Shown: piece after piece, positions 16,601 to 30,085 of the stretch
Layout: every line of letters begins with the position of its first letter
Position numbering within the stretch: the first letter of the stretch is position 1
DNA from: Caecitellus pseudoparvulus
Taxonomy: Eukaryota > Protista > Bigyra: Bicosoecida
Assembly: GCA_965644315.1 (NCBI GenBank)
Contig: CBFFRQ010000069.1
Span: 1,390,439-1,454,438 of the forward strand
DNA: 64,000 nucleotides
Direction of reading: 5' to 3'
Translations under genes and position numbers: made by a program
The notes under the pieces: model-generated
The model's database searches: none
Told to the model about the DNA's origin: nothing
What the model saw: the letters and a program-made list of their open reading frames with translations, nothing else

Positions 16601-19600
16601 GAGGTGTGATGAATATGCTCAAACCACCACTACCATCAGCTGAGAAGAGAATGGGAAGGTTTTCTTGGGGCTGTGGCCCTTTCAGCACCGAGACTTCCCC
16701 GCCACACTCCACTTCGTGGTGCAGGTGCAACGAGCAGAAATCCCACATGCGTATGCTGCCAGACACATCTGCAGAACACATGACGCTGAACGGGTGCAGA
16801 AGGCAGACGCTCGACATATCTGCGTCGTGAGAGTTGACAATACTCCGGAGCTGTGGCATTTCATCTGGCTTGGAGTCGCTCCAGATTCGCAAAGAGCGGT
16901 CCCAGCTTGCTGACAGCACCACCGCATCTCCCCCTGCATGGCACATGGAGACAACGTCATCAGAGTGTCCCTGCCTGGGGGCCTTTAGCAAGTAACCGGA
17001 AAATGCGTTCAAGACAACAATGTTTCCGTCTGCATCCCCCACGAAGAGTTTGCGCTGCCGGTTGTCTAGGCACATGCTCACGATGAGATCGGGTGTGACT
17101 GCGTCCACAGCTCGGAGCAGGTTACCAGAAGATGCATCGTAGATGTTTATCGAGCTTCCTGCAGCGACGATGAGAATGTTCAACTCTCGCGAAAACTGCA
17201 CTGCAACTGGGTACGGGTCTGCTGCAGTCTGGGCCACGGGAACTAGCAGGTGGTGCTTCAGACCTGCCGCGACCAACGTCCCATGCGGCTCTTGGACGAC
17301 AAAGTTCCGGATGGAGAAGGGAGGGGCATTTGCACGGAAGCACCCACTTTGCGTCGCCGTCCCTGCTGTCGTGTCAGCGACGTTCCACACCTTGAACAGC
17401 CCGGATTCGTCCAGCGTCACAACCTGCGGCGCCACCTGTCCCAGCACATCCACTGCCACCAACCTTGATCGTCCAGGCACCACCTGCAGAAGTGCTACAC
17501 AGGAAGCAGGGTCCCAAAGCCACAATCCCTCCGTGCCTCCGCCGCTGACCACTAAGTCGCGGTTGGGCAACGCTTTCATGAATCTCACAGCTTCCAGGTG
17601 CTTGCAGAACGAATGTGACAGCTTTGGCACCACCGGGAGACGGTCATCTGCATACTTGAGCAGGTGCACGTTGCTGTCCAGCCCACCCACAGCCATCAAG
17701 CTGTGCCTTGGCACATCAGCAAAGCAGGAGACATCCTCGGCGTGAAGGGCCAGTTCACACAGTTTCTCCCGCTGCAGCACGTCCCAAACGGATATGATCG
17801 GGCTGTTCGGGTGAGCAATGAAGAGAGCATTCGCAGAGTCACTCCAAGCCATGACGTGCACAGCCATAAGGAGGTGGACGTGCCCTCTCGCTTCGAACCT
17901 TCGCGTTCCCCAGAACGTCAGGGTCATGTCTCCGTTCGCAACGGCAAGCAAGTGTTGGGTGTCCTTCGGGCCCATCGAGCTCCATGCAATTGCTCTGGAG
18001 CACCGTGGCTTGGGTCGACAGTACTCAACGAAATGCAAGGCATCTCCAGCAGATACTTGTTCGGGCCTTCGTGGTCGCGCGTAGTCCGGTACGCCACTGT
18101 CTGCCGTGTCCCCTTCTCTGATCTCACCCATAGCGCGCACACATGGCCCACCATCAGGGTCATAGAAGGGAACTGAGCCCCCACCTACCCCTGGTCGTGC
18201 GTACAGTCCAGCCTGTGGCGGTGGGTAGTCTGCCTCACTGTCCAACCTGGGCAGCGTTGGCACATTGGCATGGCTGGAAGGCGTACCCTTGCCAGCAGGC
18301 AGACGCCTGTCCCTGGCCATGAGCAGCCGCCTACGAGCCTTCTGGGCTTCATAGTATGCGGAAGCTTCTTTCCTCTCTCTGGTGATGGCTGTAGCCCTGC
18401 GCTGCGCAGCTCTTGTGGCTGGCAGCTGCGGTGGTGCCGTAGCCCGCCACACGCTCGCTCGAACTTTGTCCCCCTTCACTGCCTGAGCAGCATTTCCAAC
18501 GGGAGACGGGACTTGCAGCACCCTGGATGTCTCGAGCAACATTCTCTCAGAAGCTGTCAGCTGCCCGCCCAATGCCGAGACCCTAGCAGCTGCTGACTGT
18601 ACCTTCGCTCGCATGTCCCCCCGACGCTGCAAGGTGACAGTAGCACTTTCGTTTGAGCGCACCTCCCCCAAGACACCCTCCTGGCCGGTTGAATGCCAAA
18701 GAAACTTGCTCCATCTGCTTCCTGTTCGCATGCCAGCGGTTGGCTGCCTACCCTCCAGTTCCCGTGCCTTGGCGCCTCCAACTGCGCCTCCAGAGACCAC
18801 CTCGGCAGCTTCCAGCTTGTGTTGCGCATCCAAGTCTGAAGCTAGCTGGGGCGGACGCTTGGCTAGCCTGGTGGTGTAGCGTCTAGACCTATCCGACGCC
18901 ACGATGACTGCAGCTCGTCTCCTCGATGCCGACACTGCACTGTGAGCTTTGCCGCCTCCAGGCATGGCTAGGGTGGCTTTGGCCCACTTGAGGGCTGCCT
19001 TTCGATGCACGTCAGCTTCCACTTGGCGCTGCCCAGCTGCAGTTTTTGCAAGCTGCATCTGAGCCCTTGCCTCCTCTGCCGCTGCTGCGTCCACAACTGC
19101 CCCGCGCTGCCGCGCAGCCCGGGACATGGCGGAACCGATCGCCAACGCCTGCACAAGTTGGAAGCCAGGACAGTGACAGCTATTCGGAGAGACAGGGGTG
19201 CAGCAGGCTCACCTTTTCCCGCATAGGAAGGCGGATGTGCACTCGCGCAAGGAGGCACAGATCGTGGTTGTACACTTTCAGAACAGGGGACCCTGCCTCA
19301 CAGACGCACAGCTGCTGCAGCTCAGGGAAGAACCGGATGCAGGTGACTGGGTCTTCAGGGTGAAACTCCGGGGGCAAGAAGCTCGTGTCCGCGTCTTCAT
19401 ACTGTCATAGCAATTCGTGCGGAAAACAGAGCTGGAGAGCTGCTGCAAGCGGGGGGCACGCGCTCGGAGGCTCACCTTGATCTGAGGGCCAGCTCCATTG
19501 CGTTGTGATGAAGCCAAGACGCCACTCTCGACGCAGAAACTAGTGAACTCGTCCCAATCAACTGTCGCTGACCCATCAACATCAATGCGGCGGAACAGCT

Positions 19601-19856
19601 CAATCAACCCAACCATCACATCTTCTGCGGTTTGTCGCAGACGCGGCATTCTCGGGTGCTATGCTGGGCGTTGCAGGTTGCGTTTCATACCGTTACTGGC
19701 ACCGCCAGCTTCCACCATCTGGCTGATCACGCTGCAGAACTGCAGCAGAGACAAGCCATCAGATTGTTTCTGGAGCTTCTTGTAGTTTATCCGGATGTTC
19801 GTGAGGGTCTTGCTGGTCAGCAACGTGCTTGTGTCCAGCGCCAGAGCAACTGCCAT
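13611..19856 (-). CDS. Large EF-hand + WD40-repeat protein (WDR49/EFCAB8-like, probably ciliary)
   Basis: N-terminal exon with EF-hand LFRRIDVDGSATVDWDEFTSFCVE (predicted intron 19625-19690 plus further 5' introns). WD repeats SASWDRSLRIW, SADVSGSIRMWD, STSQDLSVRLWS. C-terminal EF-hand pair DTDGSGAVDLEE and DADGSGELELEE. Confidence 0.75.
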
Positions 19857-20257
19857 GGCGTTGACCTGGGAAGCGGGATCACCCGCAGCCTGCACGACTA
19901 GAGCAGCAACTCAAACCCATGACAGCACCTAGTTTGTGCTGGCTGCCTCAATGCGATCCAAGGATTTTGCTGCCGTCCCTTGCCGGACTGCTGCAAGCTC
20001 ATGTCGCGCGCAAGCACTGCACCAATGGCACTTTCCGGGCTGTCGCACAAAACACTCAGCTCAAAAGAAGCAACTCCTCAACCCATATGGCACTCACAAT
20101 CATAAATCCAGCTTCGAAAGCTCCGGACTTTGGTTGCCTTTCGACGGTGTGCGCGCCTTTGCACCACCGCAAAGGGTGAGAAACGCCAAGGCAGCTCAGC
20201 GAAGTTGCGCTGCTGATAGAAAGGCGCCATCAAGATCAAAGAGGAGTTCAAGAGACA

Positions 20258-23065
20258 ATGAGTGAAAGTGCTTCCCTGGCGGAGAGTAGCGCACTGGATA
20301 CCGGAACTGTGCGTTGAAGAGCGCCTGCAGCCAATTTGAGGCAGTGCACCGGACCCATTTGCCTTCCGCGTAGGTTGCCGAGTCCGTCGCTCCCGGGGAC
20401 AGCGCAGTGCTGCCCAGCATTGCGGACGATGCTGCTTCTGTCTCGGACTATGACGAAGGCGAGGACACCGAAGAAGAGGCGCAAGGCATTGAGACGGTAT
20501 GCACGGCTTCCCGCGCCGGGTCATGGCAACGCAGCGGAAACGCCGCCTCGCACACTGCATGCGTGTACTGTGCAGGGGCTCACGCAAAACCAAGGGCGCT
20601 TGCTGTACATGATCAGCTTGTACACGAGGCCAGCACGTTCGGGGCTGGAGAAGGAGGAGTGGGTTCGGAAGCAAGCCCTGCTTGTGCTCATCTACGAGGC
20701 AGTGGTGGCGCAGGTGCTGGACTACGACTATGCCCCTGCTAGTACCATCGTCAATGGGCACCGCCGGTACTTCAACAAGTCCCAGGAAGGCACCAGTGAC
20801 GTGGACTTCCTTCGAGAGGAAGACATGCTCAATGGGCTAAAGCTGTCCAGCAAGTCCTACACGCCCGTGACTTGCTACCAGGTGTCCGCAAAAGGCATGG
20901 CCTTGGTGAAGAAGATGCCAAAGGCCGACAAGGATGCTGTGCATGAGCTCGTCTATGCGCCAGGCACCCGTGAGCTGCTGCGGGTTGTCTTTCGACACGA
21001 TGAGTACTTGCTGGTCGGCCCCGGTGGCTTCGAGCGCCCGTCATCGGTGACAGATTGTGAAGACGTGTCATACGTGTCATCGGCATATATCCCACAGTGC
21101 CTGCGTTTTGGGGGCCGGCCAACACTGTCGAATGCCCACCGTGCTGGGGAGTGTGCCGTGTCCGTGTCAAACATTCGGGATGAGCTGGACGAAGTGCTCA
21201 CACTGAACTCCGTGTCAATTGTTGTGGCCGAGTTCATACCCTTCGGTGCAAATCAAATTGTGCAGATGAACCACAACCTTGGTTCCACCGAGCGAGTGCA
21301 AGGGGGCTTCTTCACCGCCCTTGTTGATGACAACGCGGATGGCACAAAGTTCGAAGTTGCGCCGGGGCTGACCTCCGTGAACATCTTGGACTACACCCTG
21401 ACCAAGCACATCAACTTCGAGGCTGACATCAAGCTGCCTGAAGACGATGGGATTGTGCAGGTGGAGACGTTCGGGGTGTCCGTCAATGCGGACGGGACGG
21501 CATTCTACGGCATGCAGGTGGAGGCGGTCATGGACCGGATCAAGGACAACATCTCCCTGGATCACCTGTCCCGCCTGCTTGCAGATGTGCACACGGACAG
21601 CTCCTCCATTGTGGACTCGGTCGTCTCAGCATACCAGCGCCGGCTGTTGAACCTCATCTTCAACGGGGACGCAGGCAACAGGGACAAGATGAACCTCATC
21701 ATTGCCAACGAGATCACGCCTCACCTGACAGCTGAAGAGTACATGGACAAAGGGGAGTACGAGAACGAGCTGAAGCAGGTGCTCGGGGACACCCGGGCGG
21801 CGTTTGACATCTCAGAGCACGACACGCTCGTGTTTGGCGAGACTGGTCTGCTCATCGCAGGTCCCAACTCCAGACACCACGAGCCGCTGCTGTGCTCGTA
21901 TCTGCAGTTCACATCCATGGATCTGTTTGTGCGCAACTACTGGAACCGCATGTTCTTGCTGCTGGACAACATGAAGGAGGTTCGCCGCCTCATCAATAAC
22001 TACACCTCAGACCCCACCAGCCTCCCGAAGATCAGGCGCAGGCTGCAGCAGCTCTCTGACAATGTGCGCCTGATGAACGAAGTACTGGGGTACCTGACAG
22101 AGTCATTGGAGTCGTGCGAGATCCCCCCTGAGCCGCTGGACGCCGCGGGCCGGGCACTGTACGAACGGCTTCAAATCGCAGACCTGGCCGGGCAGCTCTC
22201 CATGAGAGTGCTGGACTTGAAGAAGAACATGGATGGGGCTGGAGCAGAGCTGCAGTTCTTGAAATCGATGGCAAGCATTGTTGCTGAGAACCAAGCAGCG
22301 AGCTTGGTGGAGAATCTGCGCTCCAACACCCGGCAGCTCATGCTGCTGCACGAGACCAACGAGAAGACCTCTGCTACGGTGGAGATCTTGCAGTACCTGG
22401 GCTCAGCGATGTTTGCGTTCGGCCTCATTGACAGGCTCATTGGCCCTGGTTGGAGCGTCTCGCAGTCCGAGTACGTGTTTGCGCGGTACCAAGACCCTGA
22501 AGTCTGGGACAAAGATCTCGTCCCAGGCGCGTGGCAGTCCTTCGTGAATGCCATGATTGTTGGCGCACCGACCATGTGGTTTTGGATTTCCCTTGCCATG
22601 TGGGCAGCAGTGCTGTATGCCACCAACCGCATGTTAACGCAGATGAAGTTCGTGTCCTTGGGCAAAATGACGGTCCGCATCCGCATCATGCAGCGTCTTG
22701 ACCTGGAACGCTTCCACGCGTACGTTCAGACGAAGGTGACTGCCCTCGAGGAGAGGGACTTCCAAGAACGCAACAGCATCATTCGTGTGTCGTGGGAGGA
22801 GGTCGACAAGGAAGCATGGGGAGGCTCAGCACCATACATTGTCCTGGAGTACGACGCTGAGACGCAGTACTTGCACTCCATTTCCATCAACTACAACCGC
22901 CGTGATGCCATCAAAAATCTAGCTCTCACCGCACCTGAGCTGCGCAACAAGCTTTGTGATGAAATGCTGGACGCACAGGTGTTCGAAGATGGCAACTACA
23001 CCTTCCGGGAGGCGACAGCTGAAGACTTGGAGGAGTTTGGGGCGATGAAGCTGCAGATGGGCTGA
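20258..23065 (+). CDS. Uncharacterised ~900-aa protein: winged-helix-like N-region, helical stalk, two C-terminal TM helices
   Basis: Long ORF with strong codon bias. Predicted exons MSESASLA.. (introns ~20309-20372 and 20497-20575) joining GLTQNQGRLLYMISLY. TM segments ILQYLGSAMFAFGLI and MWFWISLAMWAAVLY. Confidence 0.8.
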
Positions 23066-23111
23066 CCTGGTGCATCCCAGCAGCCCCAGGCCAAATGCAC
23101 GATTGATGTGA

Positions 23112-24938
23112 CTACTTGCGTGAGGCCAGACGACGCCGACGGATGCCCAAGGTCTTCCTTGGGGCAGCCCCTTCCTTGGGCAGGTGAGAGAGTAAGGAGC
23201 TTGCTTTCGTGAAAGTGGGCTGCATCACGTTTGCTGCGGCAGGTGGCGGGGGGAGCATGGCCGCTCTCTTGCTTGGCTGGAAAAAGTCACCTTGACCGGT
23301 TGATGACGTGTCTGGAAGCTTGCTGACCATCCTGGCCGCTGCAGCAGCAGTGTCTGTGCGGCTGGTGCACACGTCACACGTCGGGAAGGCTGCCGAGGTG
23401 CACGATGGATGTGCTCGGAACGCACACTTGTCCCCGAAGTGCCTCCCGATGGCCACACGTCGGCAAGACGGCTCCAAGACATAGCTTTGCATCGCTTCAA
23501 ATTCGTCCTGCACTTGCTCAGGTCGCCGCTTGGACAGGCGCGTTCTGGATGGCGCGTCAGCGCCAGCGTTTGCTGCTTGCTGAGCACGCCATTTGCACCT
23601 CCGCAGCTCTTGTGTGTCGGCGAATAGAAGGCAGTGAGAGGCTTTCCCGTCACGCCCAGCCCGGCCCGCCTCCTGGTAGTATGCGGCCAGGGATGTGGGG
23701 ATGTTCCAGTGTGCCACCAAGCGCACAGTGGGGCAGTCAATGCCCATCCCAAACGCGATAGTGGCCACCATGGTGCAGGCCTTCCCAGAGCGCCAGTCCA
23801 CGAGGGCTTCTCGCCTCTGCTTTGGGGTGATGCGGGCATTGAAGACAGCTGCCGAGATGCCCTCTGCCTTCAGCATGCCGGCGACGTTCAGAGTCTCGTC
23901 CACAGAAGAACAGTACACTATTGCGTGAGACGAGCTCCTTGCAGGAGCTGGCTTGAACATTTGCGGCACCACTCGCTTCTTCGGAGCTTTCACAGTGTCT
24001 TTAGCGTGCAGCAGGGATGTCGCAGATCGGAATGTTGTGCAAGCTGCTCCAGAGGGAGCTCCCAGGCTGGCCCACAGCTCAGATGCAGAGGGTTGGCGGG
24101 GGCGCTTCTCACCGCCAACAGCCGCACTGCCGTCAACCGTCGGCGGTGTCGGGAGGCCCAAAGCTTCACGAATGGCAGAAGCTAGAAACTGCAGCTTTGA
24201 GCGGTCGCCTGTAAAGTGCGTCTTGCCATATGCCACGGTGTACCGCAATTCAGGCCGATCCACAGGGGCGCGAAGGACAATGGCAGCTTCGGGCGGAGGC
24301 AAAGTGGGAGCAGGCGGGGGGAGCGTCATGCCCAGCTGCTGACAAACAGCCTGGAGAACATAAGGGGTGGCTGTGGCTGTCAGTGCGAGCAGGGGCACTC
24401 CAGGCAAGCTGCTGCGCAGCCCCACTAACTTGGAGTACGAGGGTCTAAAGTCGTGACCCCACTGGTTTATGCAGTGTGCCTCATCCACGACAAGGCGCAG
24501 CAGAAGACCCCGTTCAGCAAGGTCTGTGAGTAGCCGCATGCCAGTGTGCGACATTGCGCGCTCTGGAGAGCAAAGGACGACTCTTGTCTTCGGGGCTGCG
24601 CTCGCGAGGTCAACCAGGAGAGCACGCTCTGCGGCCTTGCCAATCTCGCTGTGCCAAGCAGCGGCAGGAACATTCCCAGTGGCTGAGAGGCGTCTTGCTT
24701 GATCGTCCATGAGGGCAATCAGAGGCGACAGGCACACTGTGACGCCCACGGCGGCCATGAGGCCAGGCAAAGCATACACAAGAGTTTTGCCGCCTCCAGT
24801 GGGCAGGCACACCATGGCATCCTTGCCAGACGCGGCCGCTTCTACGGCCTGGCGCTGGGCGTCAGACCGCCACGATGAATACCCAAACTTGGGCAACAAT
24901 GCCTCCAGCTCTCCTGCCCGTTGGAGCTGTGCAGCCAT
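23112..24938 (-). CDS. RecQ-family DNA helicase (short form with Zn-binding Cys cluster, no evident HRDC)
   Basis: [74 protein letters not shown]...HFG...CDVC. Confidence 0.93.
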   Translation of the reverse strand: MAAQLQRAGELEALLPKFGYSSWRSDAQRQAVEAAASGKDAMVCLPTGGGKTLVYALPGLMAAVGVTVCLSPLIALMDDQARRLSATGNVPAAAWHSEIGKAAERALLVDLASAAPKTRVVLCSPERAMSHTGMRLLTDLAERGLLLRLVVDEAHCINQWGHDFRPSYSKLVGLRSSLPGVPLLALTATATPYVLQAVCQQLGMTLPPPAPTLPPPEAAIVLRAPVDRPELRYTVAYGKTHFTGDRSKLQFLASAIREALGLPTPPTVDGSAAVGGEKRPRQPSASELWASLGAPSGAACTTFRSATSLLHAKDTVKAPKKRVVPQMFKPAPARSSSHAIVYCSSVDETLNVAGMLKAEGISAAVFNARITPKQRREALVDWRSGKACTMVATIAFGMGIDCPTVRLVAHWNIPTSLAAYYQEAGRAGRDGKASHCLLFADTQELRRCKWRAQQAANAGADAPSRTRLSKRRPEQVQDEFEAMQSYVLEPSCRRVAIGRHFGDKCAFRAHPSCTSAAFPTCDVCTSRTDTAAAAARMVSKLPDTSSTGQGDFFQPSKRAAMLPPPPAAANVMQPTFTKASSLLSHLPKEGAAPRKTLGIRRRRLASRK

Positions 24939-25247
24939 GATGCGGCAGCTGCGTTTCAGCGTTTCGCGTGTGCATCGGCGGTCGGCTTTGAAGCGGGGAG
25001 CCCCAAAGCCCCGCGAGCCGGGCCGTCTGAAGCAAGCCTGGCTTAATGAAACAATAGTTTGCGAAGTCTTTCTGCTGGTGGCCACTGCCGACGCCGCTTG
25101 GTGAGCGCGCGGTGGAGTTCAAAGTGTCAGGTGGGGGGCTTTTGCCTGCCACGCAAAGGCTGGGACGTGGCTCGCACACTCTTGGCACGGAGGGTGCATT
25201 TGGACAGCAACTGAACACAATCGCGCATCAACGTGGGGCGGCCACAC

Positions 25248-28200
25248 TCAAGTGGTTTCCTTGGGCTCGAACGTTGTGCGCGTCTTCACTTCGTCGCGCT
25301 GGCGGCCAAGCCCAGCAAGCGGCCGACCAGCCAGAGGAGATGTCATCATGCCGCCGCCATCGGTGCCGATGCCAGACGACGCGAAAGCCTGTTTGCTCTC
25401 GGCTGCAGCTGCCTTCTTCGCCATGGGGTTGCTGGAGCCCTGCAGAGCAGCGTCATACTGGGCTTCGTCAGCCAGCATCTCCGCACGGATCTCGGCTGGA
25501 GAGCGCTTGTTCTTGCAGCTGCGCTTGATGCAGCGGGTGCAAGTCTTGAAGTGCTTCTCGCCAATGGCCTTACGAAGGCGGGACTTGGAGGCGTTGCCGC
25601 CCATGCCGTACAGGAAAATGATGAGAGTCACGATGAGGACGACGAACAGCACTGCAGTCAGAGCGGTGGCAGGGCCAGGCTCAGAACCCACCTGCCAGAA
25701 GAGCAGCGAGCCCAGCATGAGGATGAGCGTGGACACGAGAGACAGTGTCTCCAGGGCATTCAGCGCCGGGATCAGGTAGGGCTGCACAGAGAGTTGCAGT
25801 GCGAGGGCGACGGTGATGATGCCCGCTGCAGCAAACATCTGCGTGTGGCCGTCCGTGATGGTGGCAGACACGAGCACCACCAGGATCTTGCGCACAACAA
25901 CGAGGGTTTCCCACCAGTACAGGTCATGGCGGTAGCCATCGTACAGGAATGAGAAGCGGTGGAAGACTTGGTGCTGGGCGAGCAGGGCGCTCAGCTTGGC
26001 TTGGTCTGAGCGCTCCATCTTGCCTTGGATCTTCACTGCCTCACGGAAGGCCTGGCTTTGGCGTCGAGGCTTCTTGGCAGAGGAAGCCTTGCCATCCAGC
26101 ACGCCACGCTTCAGGCGATCTTCGAGAGCCAGGCCCTCGGCAGTGGGCCACAGGTGCTCGCGGTTGCGGTACAGCAGGATGAGCGTGCCGATTGGCAGGC
26201 CCACGGCGTACACAGCCAGCAGGATGCCAGCGATGACTCGCCAGAACAGGTGCTCTGGGGAGTCGGCAAGGACGGTCAGGTCAGCGGCGAGACGGGGATG
26301 TCCCTCCACGGGGTACTGATACTCGTGGAAGGCAGACACCAGCTCACGGAAGACTCGGTTGTACACAAGGAAAACGAGCACGACCGCCGAGGCGTACGCC
26401 AAGTTCTTGGACCCCTCCACTGTGGGCGGCAGCTCAGGGCGAGGGATGCGGGGCTTCTTCTTCCCCTTGCCGTCTGCCTTGGCCTTTGCACCTTCGCCAG
26501 CCTTGGAGCCATCCTTAGCGGATTCTGCCGGGCTGCTGGAGGACTCATCGCCCCCTGGAGTTGCCTTTGAGCCTGCCACGCGCAGGGGGTTGGAGACCAT
26601 GGCGTCATCCTTGCCAGATGCAGCGGCGGCATCATCCCCCGTCGCGCCCTCAGCCCCCAACTTCTTGATGAGCTCTTGGCGCTTCGCCTCTCGCTTCTCC
26701 CACTGCGCGCGACGGCAGGGGAGCGTGGCGAAGAGGACGATTGCAGGCAAGATCATGGCAATGACAGGCATCAGCATGTAGCCCAGCAGCCGGTTGTGGT
26801 AGGTGGGGTGGAACGTGCACTGCACGGGGTACAAGTCCATGGACACGCCGTCACCGACAGAGCCGCCCTGCTCAATGACGCCGAAGAGCTCGGGCACACG
26901 CAGACGCAGCGCCGTGAGCACGGTGCACATCTGAATGAAAGACAGCCCAATACGCTGGGAGCCGGACTGGGTGGTGCGGAAGCGGCTGCGGCGCACACGG
27001 CGCCGAATCCAGAACACGGCGAACGCGGCGATGAAGATGACCGCCAGCACCATCAAAATCCACGAGACGACGACGCCCGTGCACTTGGAGCAAGCGCCTG
27101 TGCCAGCGTTGACATACCCAGGGACACAGGACTGGCACAGTGGCCCCGTGTGTCCGTCAAAGCAGTACACACGCTGCTCAGACAAGGCAGCCAGGCTCAA
27201 GCTGAGGCTGCTGTCGTTCACCAGGGAAAAGTTGCCCAGGGACTGCAGGTGGCGTGCAGCCTCCTCCTCGGGCGCTGCGGCGCCCCGTGCCTCGGCCCAC
27301 CAAGTGTTGAAGGAGCTGCGACCTGTTTCCAGGAACTTGCCTGTCTCAAAGTCCAAGTTTGTTGCAAACGCAGCCAAGCGCCGCGCACCCCCCGATGGCG
27401 CAGCAGAGGAGTCAGCCGCAGCAGCGTCGCTGGAGCGAACGTCTTCGACATTGCACAGGCCAATCAGAGGGCATGAGTGAAAGCGCAGGCCGCTCGTGGC
27501 GGCGTCTGCAGCAGACAGAGTCTCGCCGCGCTCCCACCAGTGGTCGTCATCCACGCGCAGCACGCCGTTCACACAGGTCGCACCAGAGTCAGGACACGCC
27601 TTACACGTCTCTGATCCAGGTGCAGAGAACTGCCCCGCAGAGCAGGACAGGCACTGCTCCACAGAGTAGCCGGAGGACCGCTCGCCTGGCTCGCAGGGAG
27701 AGCACTCTACGCGCCCAGAAGACTCCTTGGAAGCAGCCAAGGATGACATGGCTTCCAGGGCAGAGAAGCGGAACGCGTCCGCCTCGGGAACGTACGCGGG
27801 GATGTTCAAGCCGCCGCTCACCTCCCCAGTGGCCTGGGTGTAAATGTTGCACACGTCGATGCCGCCTGTGTCTGCAAATCCTCCCGTGGCCAAGGAAATC
27901 TGGGCGATGGACTGCGGCATGCCCTCCAACACCAGCTCGTCCATGGCAGCCTGAACTTGGGGGCTCCAAAGAGCCGCCAACTGGGCTGAGTTGGCGCCCT
28001 GATCCCGCAGCGCATTCTGGGCAACAGCGGCGGAGATGCCGTCAGAAATAGCCCCGCCATGCCCAGGCGAGCACAGGCACGTCATGTTGTTCTGGGCTGT
28101 GTCCGGGAGCAGGCTGCCAGCAGTGCAGTTCGCGGGCAAAACCTTCACCTGCAAAGGCTGCAGAGGTGCTGTGGAGGCAGAGGACAGTCGGGCGCTCAGC

Positions 28201-30085
28201 TGCACGAGGCCGGGCAGCGCAGCACGCATGGAGACGAGGTACAGGCCCGGTCCCACAGCAGTGTACGATGTGACCACTGTTGAGCCGTTGCCAGTCTGCG
28301 CGCCACCCGCTGACCCGCCGCCGGGAAGGTCAACCAAGATCTGCTCAGCGTCGATGGCAGGCACGTCACCAGCGCATGGGCGAGGGTGCCCAAAAGCGTC
28401 GCGCAAAGCCAGCAGGGCGACAGGGCGCAGGCCTTGTCCTTGGGCCATGATGTTTACGAATGCTGACGACTGGCGCCGCAGGGGAATGAGCTGCGAGCGC
28501 GCGCGGGAAGCCTGTCCCAGCAGGCGCTGCATGCCCACCTCCACCACACGCTGCTCCAGCAGACGGTACTGAGGCACGCCAGCCTGGCCAGAGAAGTAGT
28601 CCGGGTCGCCATTGGACACTTCCTCAAAGAAGTGCAGAGTGAAGTGCTCGGTTTGGTCTTGGTCCAGGCGCGGGATGGAGCCCGGGTACGCGTAGAACAC
28701 GCTCAGGTACACGCCCAATGTGGAGCCAGCAGGCACAGCAGCCGCAGTCAAGCCCTTCGGAATGATAGTTGGGTGTGCCCCAGCGCCCTGTGCGTGTGCC
28801 GTTAAGTTGAAGGCATATGGGAAGCCGTCAATGGGCGACACAGCAGACGCGGAGAAGGCACATGCCCAGTCCTCGCACGCGGTATCGGCATACTGCTGCC
28901 CAGGGTTAGTATTGACTGTGGCATTGCGCCACTCCCCGGGAGGGGTCACGAATTCTGCCAGGCGGAGAATGCCGTCCGAAGGAACTATGGAAGTGGGCCC
29001 GGACATCTCAAGGCTGGGCGTGACGACCACCACCACGCCTTGCACATCCAGGTTCGTGATCTCCACAGTCACAGAGGAGTCTTGCTGGTTCGGCAACATG
29101 GCGTACTGCACAGAGGTCGGGCACACAGCAGCGCTGGTCACGAGTGCTTGCCAGCCAAGCACCATTTCGGGAGATGAAGTTGGGCTGGGGCTGCCGGCTG
29201 CTGCAACGCCAGACGTTGCGCCGCCGCCGAGCCCTGACGCGAGAACAGACAGCGACACCTGCATGGTGTACACGTTGTACGCGCCCTGGTACACTCCCCT
29301 GCGCGGCAGGCGAGCTGAGGACACAGTCACAGAGGAGCTCCCCTGCGCAGTGTCGACGTTGCTGTACGCAGCGAGCAGATCTGCAACTGCCTTGCCAGTA
29401 CTGCCAGCGCTGGCGTCTGAGCCAGACACTGCGGGCAGCAGCACTCCAGAGTAGGTCAGGTCAAGCAGGGGCTTCACGTTGCGTGTGTCGGGGCTGTCAG
29501 TGGCTGACTGGGAAGAATTCGTCGCCGCCGAGCGCGATGCCGCCGTCGGTTGAAGGAACCACAGCGTGACTTGAGTTGAGGAAGCATCCTGAGAGGCAGG
29601 CACAGCTGTGGCACTCGAAGGCAAAGACAGGGTCACTGAAGAGACACCAGCCCTGTCTGGTTGCAATTGCTGTGAGGGGCGAGGGGACAGCGTGCCAAGG
29701 CCAAGTGCACTACACCAGAGAAGAGGAGCACTCGGCACGAGCTCTGACTCACAAGGGAGACGCTGGACGGCGCCACCTCGATGTTTTCGCTCCCTTGAAG
29801 CCCTCTTCGGGCTGAAGTGAGGTGCACGTGCTCCTGGGGCAGCCCGACGAAAGGGTTGCAACCTGCGAAACGCCGGCGGCAAGGCGCACTGCATCGACAG
29901 CTTCAGACTCGCAGGCGCACGCCACACCGCAAAAGGTGGAATCCTAGAGCACTGATGGCTCATTCCTATCCCTTCGTCGGCTAGTTCCGCTGTGACTCAC
30001 CCGTGGAGGCCACAGCGGAAGCGTGCGTGGTGGCAGCCCCTGACAGAGCCGCCACAATGGCAAACAGGGCCGCTGCTGAGCGCAT
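25248..30085 (-). CDS. Large surface protein: signal peptide, Ig-like/filamin-like ectodomain, Cys-rich repeats, multi-TM C-terminus
   Basis: Exon 1 (30085-30001) MRSAAALFAIVAALSGAATTHA is a signal peptide; introns 29863-30000 and 29670-29752 join it in frame to the 1571-aa ORF. Cys-rich units CSPCEPG, CLSCSAG, CFDGHTGPLCQSC. TM region with FSFLYDGY...WWETLVVVRK and QPY...LNALE. Confidence 0.8.
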
